Assembly: GCA_041690135.1 (NCBI GenBank)
Contig: JAWLHY010000010.1
Location: 122,110-186,109 of the forward strand
Reading direction: 5' to 3'
DNA: 64,000 nucleotides
Source of the DNA: Armatimonadota bacterium
Lineage (GTDB): Bacteria; Armatimonadota; SYMT01
This document shows, piece after piece, positions 28,235 through 36,737 of this stretch (positions within the stretch are counted from its first letter, which is position 1; each line of letters opens with the position of its first letter). The notes beneath the pieces are model-generated. The model did not search any database, had not been told where the DNA came from, and saw only the letters and a program-made list of their open reading frames with translations. Both the position numbers and the translations under genes were made by a program.

Positions 28235-28270
28235 GTGATGTGGGCGCGATAAAGCAAGGCCCCACATCAC
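28235..28270. terminator. Stem-loop (10-bp stem gtgatgtggg / cccacatcac, 16-nt loop) between convergent genes
   Basis: Exact reverse-complement arms at 28235-28244 and 28261-28270; weak T run follows on plus strand. Confidence 0.45.
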
Positions 28271-28309
28271 CCTTTCGCAAACACAGCTTCCATGGGAGAC
28301 TTGGGCAGA

Positions 28310-28756
28310 TCAGTGGGAGTTGACAAGATGCCGGTCACCTCTTTTCTCCAACTCCTCGACAGGTATCGGTTGGGCCTGACAATAGCGCCGGATGAGGTCC
28401 AGGATGCGGGGCCAGTGCGCGGGCTTGGTGACCGCCGTGATCGACCCGGGATAGACGCGCGTGTCGAGCCGGTCCGCAACTCCCGAGATGACGCAAACCG
28501 GAATCGAGGCGTCGAGCGCCTGCTGCCGGGAAAGGAATTCCCAGCCCGTCATCACCGGCATCATCAGGTCCAGCAGGATCACGTCCGGCCGGCAACCAGC
28601 TTCCAGCACGTCCAAGGCCTCACGGCCGTTGGTTGCCTGCCAAACGCAGTAACCTTCTTCCTCCAGGAGCTCCGATACTGACTCTCGGATGTCCGGATCG
28701 TCCTCCACCAGCAGGAGGGTGCCGGCAGATCGAGAGCGGTGGCCGTCGTTGAACAT
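28310..28756 (-). CDS. Stand-alone response regulator receiver (CheY-like) protein
   Basis: LLLVEDDPDIRESV..DVILLDLMMPVMTGWEFL..TKP receiver motifs; no output domain. Confidence 0.8.
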   Translation of the reverse strand: MFNDGHRSRSAGTLLLVEDDPDIRESVSELLEEEGYCVWQATNGREALDVLEAGCRPDVILLDLMMPVMTGWEFLSRQQALDASIPVCVISGVADRLDTRVYPGSITAVTKPAHWPRILDLIRRYCQAQPIPVEELEKRGDRHLVNSH

Positions 28757-29216
28757 GGTCCCTCCTCATTTAGCCTTCGCCTCGTTCTACCGGGAGAAGC
28801 CCCCTTCCAAAACCCCGGTACCCGACACTTCTCACGGATCTTCGGGCGCTACCCGGCCGTAGCCTCCGCTCTCCACGGAGCGCCAGGACTGTGAGTGCCA
28901 ACCCGATTGGACTCCGTGCCGCGATCGATGCACCCACAACGCGATAGAATCACCCGTGCTCAAGCCCGCACTAGGGGGCAGGTGGGATTACCTGTGAACT
29001 TCTGGAGACACTGGCGGATGCGCACCGCCACGAGCCGCCTCGGAATGAAATTCCGCGGCAACTACGGAGTAAACCCCTCCCATCCCCCATTCGTGGGTAC
29101 CCGGCCATGAGGCGGTGTTAGCACCGCACAAGACCGGATCAAATTGTCCACTGTTGCTTTCAGCGCCCCCTACCTTGCCCCGGATAGCGTATCCGTACCC
29201 CTTGGAGCGGTCCCCC

Positions 29217-30497
29217 ATGTTCAAGAGATCCACTTCCTCCCCTACCAGCCCAGCCAGGATCCCGAGGCGGCGTTTTGTGGCTTTAGCCGCCGGCCTGGTG
29301 GTAGCGGCCGGCCTTTCCGGATCCGCCGTTCCGGCACAGGCACCGCCGCCGGTGCTGATCAACACAAACTTTCCCGGCGCCTCGCTGGGGAAGGTGGAGA
29401 AGCTGGGTGAGACGGAGTTCCGCTGCCATGTACCCGGCCAGTACGACGAGCGCGGGCGCAACCGGCAGACAACCTGGTACTACTTCCGCATGGACCGCGT
29501 CCGTGGACGGGAGCTTACGATCACCCTGACCGATCTCGTGGGCGAGTACAACGACAGGCCGGGCGCAGTACCCATGAACGCGGACACAGTGCCGGTGTGG
29601 AGCGCGGACGGTCGCCGGTGGACGCATTTCGCGGGGTACGCGTGGAACGACCAGACGAAAGAAGCGACCCTGCGGATTCGGCCGGAGTCCGACACGCTCT
29701 GGATCGCGCATCAGCCGCCCTATACGCCGGAGGATCTGCATCGCCTCCTGGCGGACGTGGACCGCTCCCCTTCGGCCCGCGTCGAAGTCATCGGGAAGAC
29801 GGTCCAAGGGCGGGACCTGCACCTGGTGACGGTCACGGACTTCGCGGTTCCGGACTCCGGAAAGAAAACGGTGTGGCTCCAGGCCCGGCAGCACGCCTGG
29901 GAGTCGGGCACCTCGCACGTGCTGGACAGCGCCCTGCGGTTCATCACTTCCGAAGAGCCGGACGCGCGGGAACTGCGGCGGAAACTGGTGTTCAAGTTCC
30001 AGCCGATGGGCGACCCTGATGGGGCCGCCAACGGGAAGGTGCGCTTCAATGCCAACGGCTACGACGTGAACCGCCACTGGGAGGAGGTCGACCTCCGCGA
30101 CAAGACTCTTCTTCAGCGGATGCCGGAGATCTGGTACGTGAAAAAGGCCGTACTCGCCCAGTCCGCCGTGGCGCCGATCGACTTGCTGGTGAACATGCAC
30201 AACACCGAGACCGCCGAGTACATCGACACCCTGGCGGACAGCGGACCCGCTCGGGAGGTGGTGGAGCGGTTCTACCGGGGGCTGGTCGAACGCACCCGCT
30301 TCGACCCCAGCCGGCCCCCTACCTATGCCGCCGGGAAGGGCTCCACAAACTCCCTTTACCTGGAGACGAAGTCCCCGGTCGTGCTGATGGAACTGCGGAT
30401 CGGCACGAGCAAAAAGCTGGGGCGCCGCCCCACGGTGGAAGATCGCGTCCGTTTCGGGCCGGAACTGCTGAGGGAAATGGCGAAAGCAGTGTTGTAA
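29217..30497 (+). CDS. M14-family zinc carboxypeptidase-like protein with Tat signal
   Basis: Start at MFKRSTS (ATG 29217, SD ggagcgg); RRRFVALAAGLVVAAGL leader; HAWESGTSH and NRHW motifs consistent with M14 fold. Confidence 0.75.
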   Translation: MFKRSTSSPTSPARIPRRRFVALAAGLVVAAGLSGSAVPAQAPPPVLINTNFPGASLGKVEKLGETEFRCHVPGQYDERGRNRQTTWYYFRMDRVRGRELTITLTDLVGEYNDRPGAVPMNADTVPVWSADGRRWTHFAGYAWNDQTKEATLRIRPESDTLWIAHQPPYTPEDLHRLLADVDRSPSARVEVIGKTVQGRDLHLVTVTDFAVPDSGKKTVWLQARQHAWESGTSHVLDSALRFITSEEPDARELRRKLVFKFQPMGDPDGAANGKVRFNANGYDVNRHWEEVDLRDKTLLQRMPEIWYVKKAVLAQSAVAPIDLLVNMHNTETAEYIDTLADSGPAREVVERFYRGLVERTRFDPSRPPTYAAGKGSTNSLYLETKSPVVLMELRIGTSKKLGRRPTVEDRVRFGPELLREMAKAVL

Positions 30498-30498
30498 A

Positions 30499-30960
30499 TC
30501 AAATTGGTTGGATATGCTCGTAGAGATCGGTGATCAATTCCGTTTCGGGGACGCAAGTGCAGTCGTTGACGTAGATCTCGAATGACGGGCCGCCACCGGG
30601 AATGCGGCCGGAACGCAGGATCTCCTGGATGAGCTCCCCCCACGCGGCCGGAAGCCCCGAATAGGAGCCCGGGTGCCGCGCACAGGCATAGGTGCCGCCC
30701 GGGATCTCGAAAACGGTGACGGCGGGATCATCGATCACGGCATCGGCCGGGAGGGTGGTGCAGGCGTCGGAGCGGAGCTGGTCCGGCGCGACTTCCTGGG
30801 GGTTGTCCCAGTACACGCCCACCATGGCGCCTTGGGGCAAGCCGGAGGTCTCCAGCCACTTCCCTAGCCTTCCGAACGCCTCTCCGATCTCCCAGTACGG
30901 GCCGATGTGGCGGACGCCCACCACCCGCAGTGGGGAAATCTCGCGGAACTCGACTTTCAC
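30499..30960 (-). CDS. GyrI-like / AraC effector-binding domain protein
   Basis: 153 aa, MKVEFREISPLRVVGVRHIGPYWEIGEAFGRL pattern typical of GyrI-like small-molecule-binding domain. Confidence 0.75.
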   Translation of the reverse strand: MKVEFREISPLRVVGVRHIGPYWEIGEAFGRLGKWLETSGLPQGAMVGVYWDNPQEVAPDQLRSDACTTLPADAVIDDPAVTVFEIPGGTYACARHPGSYSGLPAAWGELIQEILRSGRIPGGGPSFEIYVNDCTCVPETELITDLYEHIQPI

Positions 30961-30990
30961 GGCGTTCTCTCCTCCGTCGTCAGTTAGCTT

Positions 30991-31416
30991 TCAGGATTCG
31001 TCTTCAGCCGCCTCTTCCTGGAGTTCGAACATCGCCCGGATCTCCTGGGGGACGGAACGCGGCCGGCCGCTGGTGAGATCGACGTAAACCCAGTCCGTTT
31101 CTCCCCGCGCCAGGAGCGTGTCGTCACCCGTCCGGACGAATTCGTAGCGGCGTAGCGAGAAGGCTCGCCGCACATCCGAGACCCAGGTCCGTACTTCGAT
31201 CCGGTCGCCGGCAAAGGCAGGCTTGAAGTACTCGATCTGGTGGCGGCGGGCCATCCAGGCCGCACCGGCGGCCTCGGTAGCAGCGGTGCAACCGACGGCA
31301 TCCGAATGCGCCGTTGCCGCATCCTGCATCCAGCGCACGTACTCCACGTTGTTGACGTGCCCCAGGCGATCGATGGAAGCTTCGGAGACTTCGATCCGAT
31401 GGATGTGCTGAGCCAT
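30991..31416 (-). CDS. Acyl-CoA thioesterase (hotdog / 4HBT family)
   Basis: 141 aa; RLGHVNNVEYVRWMQDA signature of YbgC/4HBT thioesterases. Confidence 0.8.
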   Translation of the reverse strand: MAQHIHRIEVSEASIDRLGHVNNVEYVRWMQDAATAHSDAVGCTAATEAAGAAWMARRHQIEYFKPAFAGDRIEVRTWVSDVRRAFSLRRYEFVRTGDDTLLARGETDWVYVDLTSGRPRSVPQEIRAMFELQEEAAEDES

Positions 31417-31542
31417 GGGTTCCCCTCGCTGACCGGTGAGTGCGACCGGCCCTTCACTGCGATCGAGACGGCCGGGACCGAACCCCTCCAGAAAGGTTTA
31501 CCATCGAAACAACCGGCGGGTGCAACCTTTTGCCGCTAGAGG

Positions 31543-32076
31543 CTATTCGAACGTCACTCCGTAGCCTTCCAGCAGCGGGACGATCTCCTGGGTGTTGGAT
31601 TCCCACAGATCTCCGGGATTGATGGGCTCGACTTTCCCATTGAGGTGGCGAACGTACCAGAGTTTCCCGCGCCGGCGACCGCCGGTAACACCGTGCGCGA
31701 TGCGGACCGACTCGACGTCCCCGTAATCGAATCCCTTGGTCATGGGTGCGAACCAGAACCCGGTCCGCTGCTCGATGCGTTTCGGCGTCACGACTACGCG
31801 GTCGAGTGCCATGTTGGGAAGCACGATCCCCAGAGCGAAGAAGGCAATGAGGACGGAAGGGATCATCACCCGGGCGCCCCAGGAGTAACACCTGGCCAGG
31901 GCCGCGACGGCCGCCGAACAGACGGCAACCATGAACACGAGGAACAGAACCATGGGCGGGAACCGGAACACCATTTCCGATGCCGCTCCCTGCGCGCACG
32001 CGGCGCCGGCGAGGGATAGTCCGAACAGGGCGAGGAAGGGTGCGTTGATCCGGAATGGGGAGAAAACACGCCGCAC
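31543..32076 (-). CDS. Hypothetical membrane protein
   Basis: Several hydrophobic segments; overlapping ORF 31454-32227 in another frame is R-rich and rejected. Confidence 0.55.
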   Translation of the reverse strand: MRRVFSPFRINAPFLALFGLSLAGAACAQGAASEMVFRFPPMVLFLVFMVAVCSAAVAALARCYSWGARVMIPSVLIAFFALGIVLPNMALDRVVVTPKRIEQRTGFWFAPMTKGFDYGDVESVRIAHGVTGGRRRGKLWYVRHLNGKVEPINPGDLWESNTQEIVPLLEGYGVTFE

Positions 32077-32355
32077 GAGATAAGCCTTTCACCATGGTCG
32101 CCGCGCGGGGTTGCCTTACCTCCGGCGACGCGTACTTATAGCCAAGGAGTACAACGCCCGCCGGCTTGTAGAGCTGCCGGCCGACCTGGTCACACCGGCT
32201 GAGGTATCGGCAGAAACGGGGGCTCACTCAAGATGAGTCGTAGGGCGGTCGTCGGGGAGTGTCATCCGTGAAGTTGTAAGGCCGTAGGAGGGGGCGGTAC
32301 GAACGGGGAACAGTTGTATGCTGGTGCAACGACGCACCGGGAAAGGAAGCCCTCG

Positions 32356-33684
32356 ATGGAGAGGTCCGAGGCGGAACTGGAGCGTGAAACACTCAGCCGA
32401 GTCACGCGGCGGTTGATCCCGTTCATCTTCCTGCTCTATGTGTTCAACATCCTGGACCGGATGAACGTCAGCATCGCGGTGTTGACGATGAAGGCGGATC
32501 TGGGTTTCTCGGACGGCGTTTACGGGTTCGGGGCGGGCATCTTCTTCATCGGCTACTTCTTTTTCCAGGTGCCGAGCAATGCCATCCTGCACCGGGTAGG
32601 GGCGCGACGCTGGCTTTCACGGATCGTGATGGTTTGGGGCATCACCGCGAGCTGCATGCTCTTCGTCAACAGCCCGTGGAGCTTCTACACCATCCGCTTC
32701 CTTCTCGGGGTAGCCCAGGCCGGGTTCTTTCCCGGCATAATGCTTTACCTCACCTACTGGTTTCCGAACTCCATGCGCGGACGTACGGCCGCACGGTTCG
32801 TTCTGGCCGGCGTGCTGGCGAACATCATCGGCGGACCGCTCGGGGCTCAGCTCCTGAAGCTTGATGGGCTGGGCGGTTTGCACGGCTGGCAATGGCTTTT
32901 CCTGCTGGAGGGCATTCCCGCGATCCTGTTGGGGTGCGTGGCGCTCAAGTACCTGACCGACCGCCCCCAGGACGCCCATTGGCTGAAGCCGGACCAGCGG
33001 GAGTGGCTGGTCCGCCGCATGACCGCCGAGCATGAGCACCAGGCGCGCTTCCACCAAGTGACCTTCTTGCAGGCCCTCGCTTACCCGCGGGTCCGGCACC
33101 TCGCCACGATCTTCTTTCTGAACGTGATGGCGGGTTCTGGAGTGGGCCTCTTTTCCAACCTCATCCTGCGACAGCGCAGCGGCTGGCCCGACCAGACCGT
33201 GCTGTGGGTCAGCGCGCTCCCGCATATCGTCGGGGCAGTGACGGTCCTGACGGCAGCTACCTACTCCGATCGCACCAATGAACGACGGCTGTTCGTGGTT
33301 ACCGGATTGTCCATTTCTTGCCTGGGGGTGATCCTTTGCGCTACCGCCACCACAGGCCCCCTCACCGTGTTGGGGCTCTGCACCATGGCGTTGGGAGGGC
33401 AGATCGCCAACGCGCCCTTCTGGGCGCTGAGCACGGGATTTCTCACCGGGAACGCCGCGGCGGGCGGGATTGCCTTCATCAATTCCATCGGCAACTCGGG
33501 CTCGTTCTTCGGACCGGCATTGACGGGGTTCCTGAAGGACCGCCTGGGGGCCTATGAACCGGCCCTGCTCGTGCTCGCGGGGATCGTTGCTTCCGCAGCA
33601 TTCGCGGCCTATCTCCTGCCCCCCGACCCGGCACAGAAGGCCGGACCAAGCGTGGAGGTCAAACCCTCCGCTGCCTCGGTGTGA
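32356..33684 (+). CDS. MFS transporter
   Basis: 12-TM-like hydropathy, MFS loop motif region (GVAQAGFFPGIMLYLTYWFP..RGRTAARFV); start at ATG 32356 with ggaaaggaag SD. Confidence 0.85.
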   Translation: MERSEAELERETLSRVTRRLIPFIFLLYVFNILDRMNVSIAVLTMKADLGFSDGVYGFGAGIFFIGYFFFQVPSNAILHRVGARRWLSRIVMVWGITASCMLFVNSPWSFYTIRFLLGVAQAGFFPGIMLYLTYWFPNSMRGRTAARFVLAGVLANIIGGPLGAQLLKLDGLGGLHGWQWLFLLEGIPAILLGCVALKYLTDRPQDAHWLKPDQREWLVRRMTAEHEHQARFHQVTFLQALAYPRVRHLATIFFLNVMAGSGVGLFSNLILRQRSGWPDQTVLWVSALPHIVGAVTVLTAATYSDRTNERRLFVVTGLSISCLGVILCATATTGPLTVLGLCTMALGGQIANAPFWALSTGFLTGNAAAGGIAFINSIGNSGSFFGPALTGFLKDRLGAYEPALLVLAGIVASAAFAAYLLPPDPAQKAGPSVEVKPSAASV

Positions 33685-33691
33685 GCCTACG

Positions 33692-34981
33692 CTACTCCGC
33701 GGCGGGCATCAGTTCGCGCACTGGTTCCGGATCGTCGAGCACCTGCATTGGCCGCTGCTCGCGGTCCGGGATCGTCGTGTAGGGATCGATTCCCAGGTGG
33801 CGGTATAGGCAGGCAATTACGTTGGCGGGCGTGTAAGGCACTCCGGTGGAATGGCCCCCTTCCGCATCCGTTTCGCCGATGACCTGACCCACCCGGAAGC
33901 CGCCCCCGGCCAACACTGCCGCGCCCGCGTCCGGCCAGTGGTCGCGGCCGGCGATGCGGCTGATCCGGGGCGCCCGGCCGAACTCGCCCCACATTACCAC
34001 CGCCACGTCATCTTGGAGGCCCCGGTCGTAGAGATCGGTGATCAGGGCATGGATTCCCTGGTCGAGTTGGGGCAACTGCTCGCGCATGTCACGGAAGTTG
34101 TGCTCGTGAGTATCCCAGTCCCCAACCTTCAACGTGACTACGGGTATTCCTGCTTCCACCAGGCGGCGGGCCAGCAGGAACCGCTTGCAGAACTCCCCAT
34201 AGCGAGCGACTGTTTGCGTTGACTCCCGGCCCAAATCGAAGGCGGCGCGGGCCTGGGAAGAGAGGACCATCTCCATGGCACGCGTCGTAAAGGCATCTTG
34301 CCCGGCGGCGGCTTCGGTGCCTTCGAAGCTGCGGTGGAGGGCTTCCAGACGTTCGCGCAGCCGACGTCGCGTCAAGAAGCGTTCGCCGGACACGCCCCGT
34401 GGCAGGCTCAAATCCGCCAGGGCCTCACCTTCCGGTACAAAGGGACGGTGGGCGGAGCCGGTGTAGGTGGGGTTCTCATGGGTCCCATCCTCACGGTACA
34501 TCATGCTCACGTAAGGCGGAAGCCCGTCCGATCGCGGGTGCAAGTAGCTAACGACGGAACCAAAGGCGGGACGCTTGCCGCGATCGGGAAACCCTGTGAC
34601 GATGTAATGCGGCGTGTGGTCGCCCAGGTCGTTGGACCTGATCCCGCGCAAGACAGCCAGCCGGTCCATGATTTGTGCGGTCCGCGGCAGGTACTCACAA
34701 ATCCGGATGCCGGGGACATTCGTCGGAATGGGGTTGAACTCGCCCCGAATCTCGGAGGGTGCGTCCGGTTTCATGTCAAAGCTGTCGATGTGTGACGGAC
34801 CGCCGCGCAGCCAGATCATAATGACCGCTTTGCCCTTACCGAATCCGGGGGCGGCTTCAGCCCGCAGGCGAAGAAGATCCGCCAGGGAGAGGCCGGTGAA
34901 ACCGAGACCGCCGACCCGGAGCAACTCTCTGCGGGTGATCCCATCACACAGTTTCGCCCCGTGCCCCAGAATGCGCAGCAT
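33692..34981 (-). CDS. DUF1501 (sulfatase-like) protein with Tat signal
   Basis: Start at MLRILGHGAKLCDGITRRELLRVGGLGFTGLSLA; DWDTHEHNF and GRDHWP motifs typical of DUF1501. Confidence 0.85.
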   Translation of the reverse strand: MLRILGHGAKLCDGITRRELLRVGGLGFTGLSLADLLRLRAEAAPGFGKGKAVIMIWLRGGPSHIDSFDMKPDAPSEIRGEFNPIPTNVPGIRICEYLPRTAQIMDRLAVLRGIRSNDLGDHTPHYIVTGFPDRGKRPAFGSVVSYLHPRSDGLPPYVSMMYREDGTHENPTYTGSAHRPFVPEGEALADLSLPRGVSGERFLTRRRLRERLEALHRSFEGTEAAAGQDAFTTRAMEMVLSSQARAAFDLGRESTQTVARYGEFCKRFLLARRLVEAGIPVVTLKVGDWDTHEHNFRDMREQLPQLDQGIHALITDLYDRGLQDDVAVVMWGEFGRAPRISRIAGRDHWPDAGAAVLAGGGFRVGQVIGETDAEGGHSTGVPYTPANVIACLYRHLGIDPYTTIPDREQRPMQVLDDPEPVRELMPAAE

Positions 34982-35079
34982 CGCAACTCCTGCCTTTCGA
35001 GCGAAGTGTAGATCAGTTTGCCTTTCTGTCCTGTGAGTGCGTTGACTGGGTTCAGTTTCAACGGAATTGGAGTGTTCAA

Positions 35080-36564
35080 ATGGGCCTTCGAAGAGCGGTC
35101 CTATCGCTGTGCCTTGCCGCTTCCTTTGCGGCGCTTGCCGCACCTGGAACGGCCTTTCAGGCGAAGGCGGCGCGCAACCTCGATCCTGCTCAGCAGTCGA
35201 TGCTGCGCTACCTGGACACGATCACGCCGGAGTTAGTGGCGATGAACCAGGATATCTGGAGCTACGCGGAAGTCGGCCTGGAGGAGAAGCGTTCTTCGAA
35301 GCGGCTCTCGGACGCGCTGGAGAAGGCCGGGTTTCGGGTCCGCCGGGGAGTGAGCGGGATGCCCACGGCCTTTGTGGCGGAGTATGGGTCGGGCAAACCG
35401 GTGATCGGTCTGCTTGCCGAATACGATGCCCTGCCGGAGCTGTCGCAGGAAGCCGTGGGCGAACGGAAGCCGGCGCCGGGGCGGGCGAACGGGCATGGCT
35501 GCGGTCATTCCGCCTTCGGGACGGCGGTGGTCGGCGCAGCCCTGGCGGTGCGCGAGGCCTACGACCGGTCCGGACTGAAGGGTACCATCCGGGTCTATGG
35601 GACTCCGGCCGAAGAGACCCTGATCGGGAAAGTGTACTTGGCCCTGGATGGTCAGTTCAACGACCTGGACGCCTGTCTCCACTGGCACCCGGCATCGAAG
35701 AACAAGGTCAGCTACGGCAGCAGCAAAGCCATGATCTCGGCCAAGTTCAAGTTCGCGGGGCTCCCGGCGCACGCGTCCGGAAGCCCGCACCAGGGGCGGA
35801 GCGCGCTGGACGGGGTCGAGTTGATGAACATTGGCGTGAACTACATGCGGGAGCACGTGAAGGAGAGCAGTCGCATCCATTACGTGATCACCAACGGCGG
35901 AGGACAGCCGAACGTGGTCCCTCCCACCGCCGAGGTGTGGTACTTCATCCGCGCCAACACCCACGATGACGCGGAAGCGAACTTCGACTGGATCCGAGAG
36001 ATCGCCGAGGCAGCGGCGAAAATGTCGCGGACGAAGGTAACCGTTCAGATCGATACCGACTGCCACGAGGTAATTCCCAACCTGCCGCTCTCCCGGGTGG
36101 TGCAGAAGAACCTGGAGGCCGTCGGCGCGCCAAAGTTCGACGAGGCCGACCGCAAGCTGGCCCTGCAACTCCAGTCCGACCTGCGAAGCCAGCCGGGTTT
36201 CAATGAGAAAAACCCGCTGCATGAGAGCGTGGACAAGCTGCCGGAGAAGCCGACGGGGGCGACCGGTGGAAGCACCGACGTGGGCGACGTGAGCTGGCTG
36301 GTGCCCACCGCCGGGTTCAACGCCGCCTGCTTTGCGGCCGGGAGCCCCGGCCATAGCTGGCAGAACGTGGCCGCCGTCGGCTCCCCCATCGGTCATAAGG
36401 GAATGCTGGTGGCGGCCAAGGTGCTGGCGCTGAGCACGGCCGACCTGCTTCAGGACGCAGCCGTGCTCAAGGCGGCGCGGGCCGATTTCGACCGCCAGAT
36501 GAAGGACCGGAAGTACACGACCCGGATCCCCAAGGGACAGAAGGCGCCGGCAAGTATTCGGTAA
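35080..36564 (+). CDS. M20-family amidohydrolase (AbgB-like) with signal peptide
   Basis: NGHGCGHSAFG metal-binding motif, GTPAEE, overall M20D-like; ggag SD before ATG. Confidence 0.85.
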   Translation: MGLRRAVLSLCLAASFAALAAPGTAFQAKAARNLDPAQQSMLRYLDTITPELVAMNQDIWSYAEVGLEEKRSSKRLSDALEKAGFRVRRGVSGMPTAFVAEYGSGKPVIGLLAEYDALPELSQEAVGERKPAPGRANGHGCGHSAFGTAVVGAALAVREAYDRSGLKGTIRVYGTPAEETLIGKVYLALDGQFNDLDACLHWHPASKNKVSYGSSKAMISAKFKFAGLPAHASGSPHQGRSALDGVELMNIGVNYMREHVKESSRIHYVITNGGGQPNVVPPTAEVWYFIRANTHDDAEANFDWIREIAEAAAKMSRTKVTVQIDTDCHEVIPNLPLSRVVQKNLEAVGAPKFDEADRKLALQLQSDLRSQPGFNEKNPLHESVDKLPEKPTGATGGSTDVGDVSWLVPTAGFNAACFAAGSPGHSWQNVAAVGSPIGHKGMLVAAKVLALSTADLLQDAAVLKAARADFDRQMKDRKYTTRIPKGQKAPASIR

Positions 36565-36634
36565 ACGCTCCGGGTGGGTGAGCGGAGGAAGCGGAGGAGA
36601 TTGAGGGGGACCATATCGCGACCCAGTTGCTCTG

Positions 36635-36717
36635 TCGCCCCTCCGGGGCTTGTTCGAGCGGGCACCATAGCCGGGGGTGCAAACCCCCGGCTATTTTCTC
36701 GCCGCCCCTCCGGGGCT
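36635..36717. repeat. Two copies of a 15-bp internally palindromic direct repeat (cgcccctccggggct) flanking a terminator hairpin; REP-like
   Basis: Copies at 36636-36650 and 36703-36717, each with gcccc/ggggc dyad. Confidence 0.6.
36669..36699 (+). terminator. Rho-independent terminator (agccggggg tgcaaa cccccggct + ATTTTCT)
   Basis: Perfect 9-bp GC-rich stem, 6-nt loop, T-rich tail on plus strand downstream of the M20 gene. Confidence 0.75.
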
Positions 36718-36737
36718 AAAGGCCCGACCTTGACCGA

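Noticed and set aside
35233-36396. 387-aa minus-strand ORF
   Set aside because: Antisense to the M20 amidohydrolase gene.
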